This document shows, piece by piece, positions 61,131 through 64,000 of a stretch of 64,000 bases of DNA. The DNA comes from Takakia lepidozioides (Eukaryota; Plantae; Bryophyta). The position numbers were made by a program, and so were the translations under genes. The DNA is taken from contig CM060734.1 in assembly GCA_030704615.1 (NCBI GenBank), positions 21,080,001 to 21,144,000 of the forward strand, given 5' to 3'. Each line of letters begins with the position of its first letter. The first letter of the stretch is position 1. The notes under the pieces are model-generated. The model saw only the letters and a program-made list of their open reading frames with translations. It was not told the origin of the DNA and made no database searches.

Positions 61131-62379
61131 GAATTCAATTGTTCCATGTGTTGTTTAAGCTTTCCCAAGAATGGACCTTATAGCATTGCTTGCTAGAAAT
61201 TTGTAAAAACTAACCATCTTTCGAAGAGGATGTGTGTGAATCTTTATGTGCATGTGTGATGAGCACAGGTGTGAAGCCCAAAGAGGGGTGTGGATTTTAC
61301 ATGAGCAGTGAGCATGAGCATGAGCATAATCCAAGGAATATTCCCAGATTTTGGCCCGCCACCACGCAATTTCCCATTGCTTTTGAGGTGAAAAATAGGT
61401 ATGATAGCCATCGTTGTGGCCCATAGACCGCAGATGTGGTTTATCGAGATTTGGTTCGGGAGTTGCCGAACCTAAATAGTCGGTGCAGACTATATGAGAA
61501 AAAAATCTAATGGATAGGTAGTCGGTGCCGACTATAGGCACTGCGACCTCCATCAGGGGTATAGGCGCGCGACAAAAATGCACGGTAATCCGGCAGTACC
61601 TGACTACAGGCACAAGCAGCACACACAAGGCGGTAATAGGAAATTTTGTAATAAACAGGATTTTTTGAACATGGTTAAAATCGATGCATTCGACATTCGG
61701 AACTTTGTTATTTATTTTCCGTGGAATAGTATCCAATGGCCGCTTAAGGAGTAGTCGACAACGACTATAGCCATTGGAGGGAGTGGGAAACGTTTGCGGC
61801 AATCATTTTCCCGCTCGTGCATGTAGAAAACAGAATAGAAATGAGCCAAAGTGATGGTATCTTGTTAGGGCTACGTTTCTGTTTAACAGGTGACATTCCA
61901 CTTTGTGGAACGACATTCGCTGACGTTACCTCCACGATGGTGAGAGGCCATCTTCACACAGGTGAGGGCAATCCTCCAGCACATGAATCACAAGAAGGTG
62001 GAGTGGTTGAGCGGTATGGCAATGATGAGGGGAGAGGTGCAGAGGAACATGGGAGTGAAAGTGGACATTCGCCTGATGCCAATTTTGAAGCAGGGCCTCA
62101 CTGTCATCTTTAGTGCTCTCCTATGTATGGAAGCTTCCCATAGCCATTACAAAGTTGATGTTAAAGAGTATGGCTTGGGATTCTGTGGCCTCCTGCTAAA
62201 GAAACATTTCATTTCCTTTGTCTCGTTTGTTTCCATTTTGTCCCATGAGATGTTTCTGATTTCCGCCAACGTTCTAAGGTAACAAAAGAGAGCATTAGCT
62301 AGCGGCGAGTATAGTTGGAGAAGTTCATTTGCAAGTAATGTGCTTTATGAGTATGTCCGGAAGTGACTATATATTTTGG

Positions 62380-63205
62380 GTATGACAACACCTTCCGTTT
62401 TTTCGACTTCGGTCGAACAAATCTTGTTTGCTCACGTGGTGCCCTTCAAGTACTCCAACTTTCTACGCATCTTCGGATTTCAATCTCTGTCTTTGCATCC
62501 CCCTTGCAAAACAGTACAAGGCACCCTTTGTCTTTTAATAGGGAAGATGCCAATGCCAAAGCATGTGGCACTGTATCCTTCGTCTTCGTGTTCCAACCTG
62601 GAACAACAAAGTCTCGGACAGTGCCTTTCACGACTTGTCCATCTGGAATGTCAACGATCACCAGGTCTGCCCTTGTTTTCATACCCTTGGGCATCCGGTG
62701 CATAGCGTCACTGGATGGATGTCTCTCGCGTCTATTTGTCCCCTCGGCTTTGGCCACCTGCTCGTAGTTCCTTTTGATGCCAACCTTTGAATAACAAATT
62801 GATACCAATCGCACTTTAAACATGTTACCTCTGTTTTTTCAACTGAGTCTCGCAACGCTATCGCTTCGTAGAGCAACACTGATGCAAGCTGCAATACCCT
62901 ACCCGCATTGCTGCTGAACATCAACGTCCACCTCCTCCGCTTCACCTGGAAATTGTGCAAGGCATCTTCAAACTGCCCTCCAGTTTCGTTGTCGTTTCTG
63001 TTTGCACCGTCTGTCTCATCCACACCCTCCGCACCGCTGTTGCCACCACGATCCCTGCCGGGGGAGGGGTTTTGCACTGTGGCCGTGTTTTTTTTGGGTT
63101 TCTGTTTCCTTTTACGCTGTTTTTTGGCAGCCGCGGCAGCCGCTAGATCAGTGTTCGCCTCTTCAATATGGGCTGCAGCTTCTTCGGCTGCCTCCTCCCA
63201 ACCCC
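62380..63205 (-). pseudogene. Second, diverged fragment of the DIPDG-type methyltransferase gene family
   Basis: ADLVIVDIPDG..VPGWN..ASSLLKDKGCLVLF aligns with AELIILDIPDG..CPGWN..CNFFLSDAGVLVLI at 16325-16490. It is preceded by a similar Ala/Lys-rich linker. The motif I part is not seen. Confidence 0.65.
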
Positions 63206-63209
63206 CATA

Positions 63210-63505
63210 TAGCGGTCGCTTCATTTTTAAAATAAAAATAAAACAGCGACCGCCGTATTGGCGGTCGCTTCATTATTTTGAAAAACGAAAAAGAGCAACC
63301 GCTGTATTGGCGGTTGCTTCATATTGTTTTTAAAAACAAAAACGACTGCCGTAGTTGCAGTCGCTTCATTTATTTTTATTTTTAAAAAAGAGCCACTGCC
63401 GCTAAATGGCGGCCGCTAAATTTTTAAAAAACAAAGTGAGCGACCGCCAAAGCTGCATTTAAAAAAAAAATTAAAGAAGCGACCGGCAAGCGGCGGTCGC
63501 TTAAT
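63210..63505. repeat. Array (period about 49 bp, about 6 units) of AGCGACCGCC-N5-GGCGGTCGCT palindromes in A/T-rich spacers
   Basis: Cores at about 63245, 63294, 63342, 63391, 63439 and 63478, with a half-site at 63211. Confidence 0.85.
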
Positions 63506-63574
63506 TTCAAAATCAAAATCAAAATATGCGACGGCCGGCGAATGGGCCTCTCATTTTAAGATAATAGGGTCTTC

Positions 63575-63790
63575 AATGGGCACGTGCGATGTGGCCGGTG
63601 GGCCCCGCGCACGGACGCCCGGCTCCCGAGCACCCCGCCCGCCCCGCCCGCCGCTGCGCGCGGTCGCCCAGCCGCGGGCGCGGCTGCAGCAACCGCGCCC
63701 GCGCCCCGTCCGCCGCGCGGCCAGTCCCCCGCCCATGAGTCCGCTGCCCGCCAGTCCGCTGACGGCGCAGGATCGCCACCGTCCATTCCC
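63575..63790. other. Very GC/CpG-rich island
   Basis: Dense CG dinucleotides and repeated (c)cgcc motifs, in sharp contrast to the flanks. Confidence 0.7.
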
Positions 63791-64000
63791 ATAACCCATC
63801 CGAGCCCTCCATTTTTAGGGTTGCGAAAATGGCAATGATCTTCCCACCAAATCCCGGCCGCTCTCTTTTGACGGCTGTTTGTTGTCCGATGTTGCGGTAG
63901 GCGTTTCCATGCACGCGACTGTTCCTCTTTTGCGCGCGATGTTCATGATGATGATGAAGCGTGTGCTTGAACATGAGAGGACTGTCTCGGCACTACAGCC

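Noticed and set aside
63551-63974. Arg/Gly/Ala-rich ORFs on both strands
   Set aside because: These are a by-product of very high GC content, with no domain signal.
63991-64000. CACTA terminus (CACTACAGCC)
   Set aside because: Only 10 bp at the window edge; the partner end and 3-bp TSD cannot be checked.

Overview
Eukaryotic DNA, most likely from a non-seed land plant (bryophyte-like; inferred from the gene content and GT-AG introns). One intact-looking host gene is present: a 10-exon DUF1296/GBF-interacting-protein-1-like gene at 26996-33984. It is embedded in nested, mostly decayed transposons: LINE-like pieces, Ty3/gypsy-type LTRs with an extra 3' ORF, a truncated Ty1/copia, CACTA and Sola2-type fragments, a MITE and a 4.8-kb fold-back repeat. 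The standout is a roughly 12-kb unit at 6.8-19 kb. A Mutator-like (MULE) DDE transposase with a GCM-like zinc finger and SWIM domain lies head-to-head with a multi-exon gene encoding a ParB/Srx-like domain fused to a beta-class (N4C/N6A-type) DNA amino-methyltransferase domain. The first intron of that gene holds an array of 36-bp palindromes with a period of about 116 bp. A second, diverged fragment of the same methyltransferase family (62.4-63.2 kb) also abuts a palindrome array. This suggests a transposon-borne ParB/parS-like epigenetic system, possibly for anti-silencing. A 2A-like ribosome-skipping motif occurs in a LINE-like ORF at about 58.6 kb. All domain calls come from motif recognition by eye; no searches were run.
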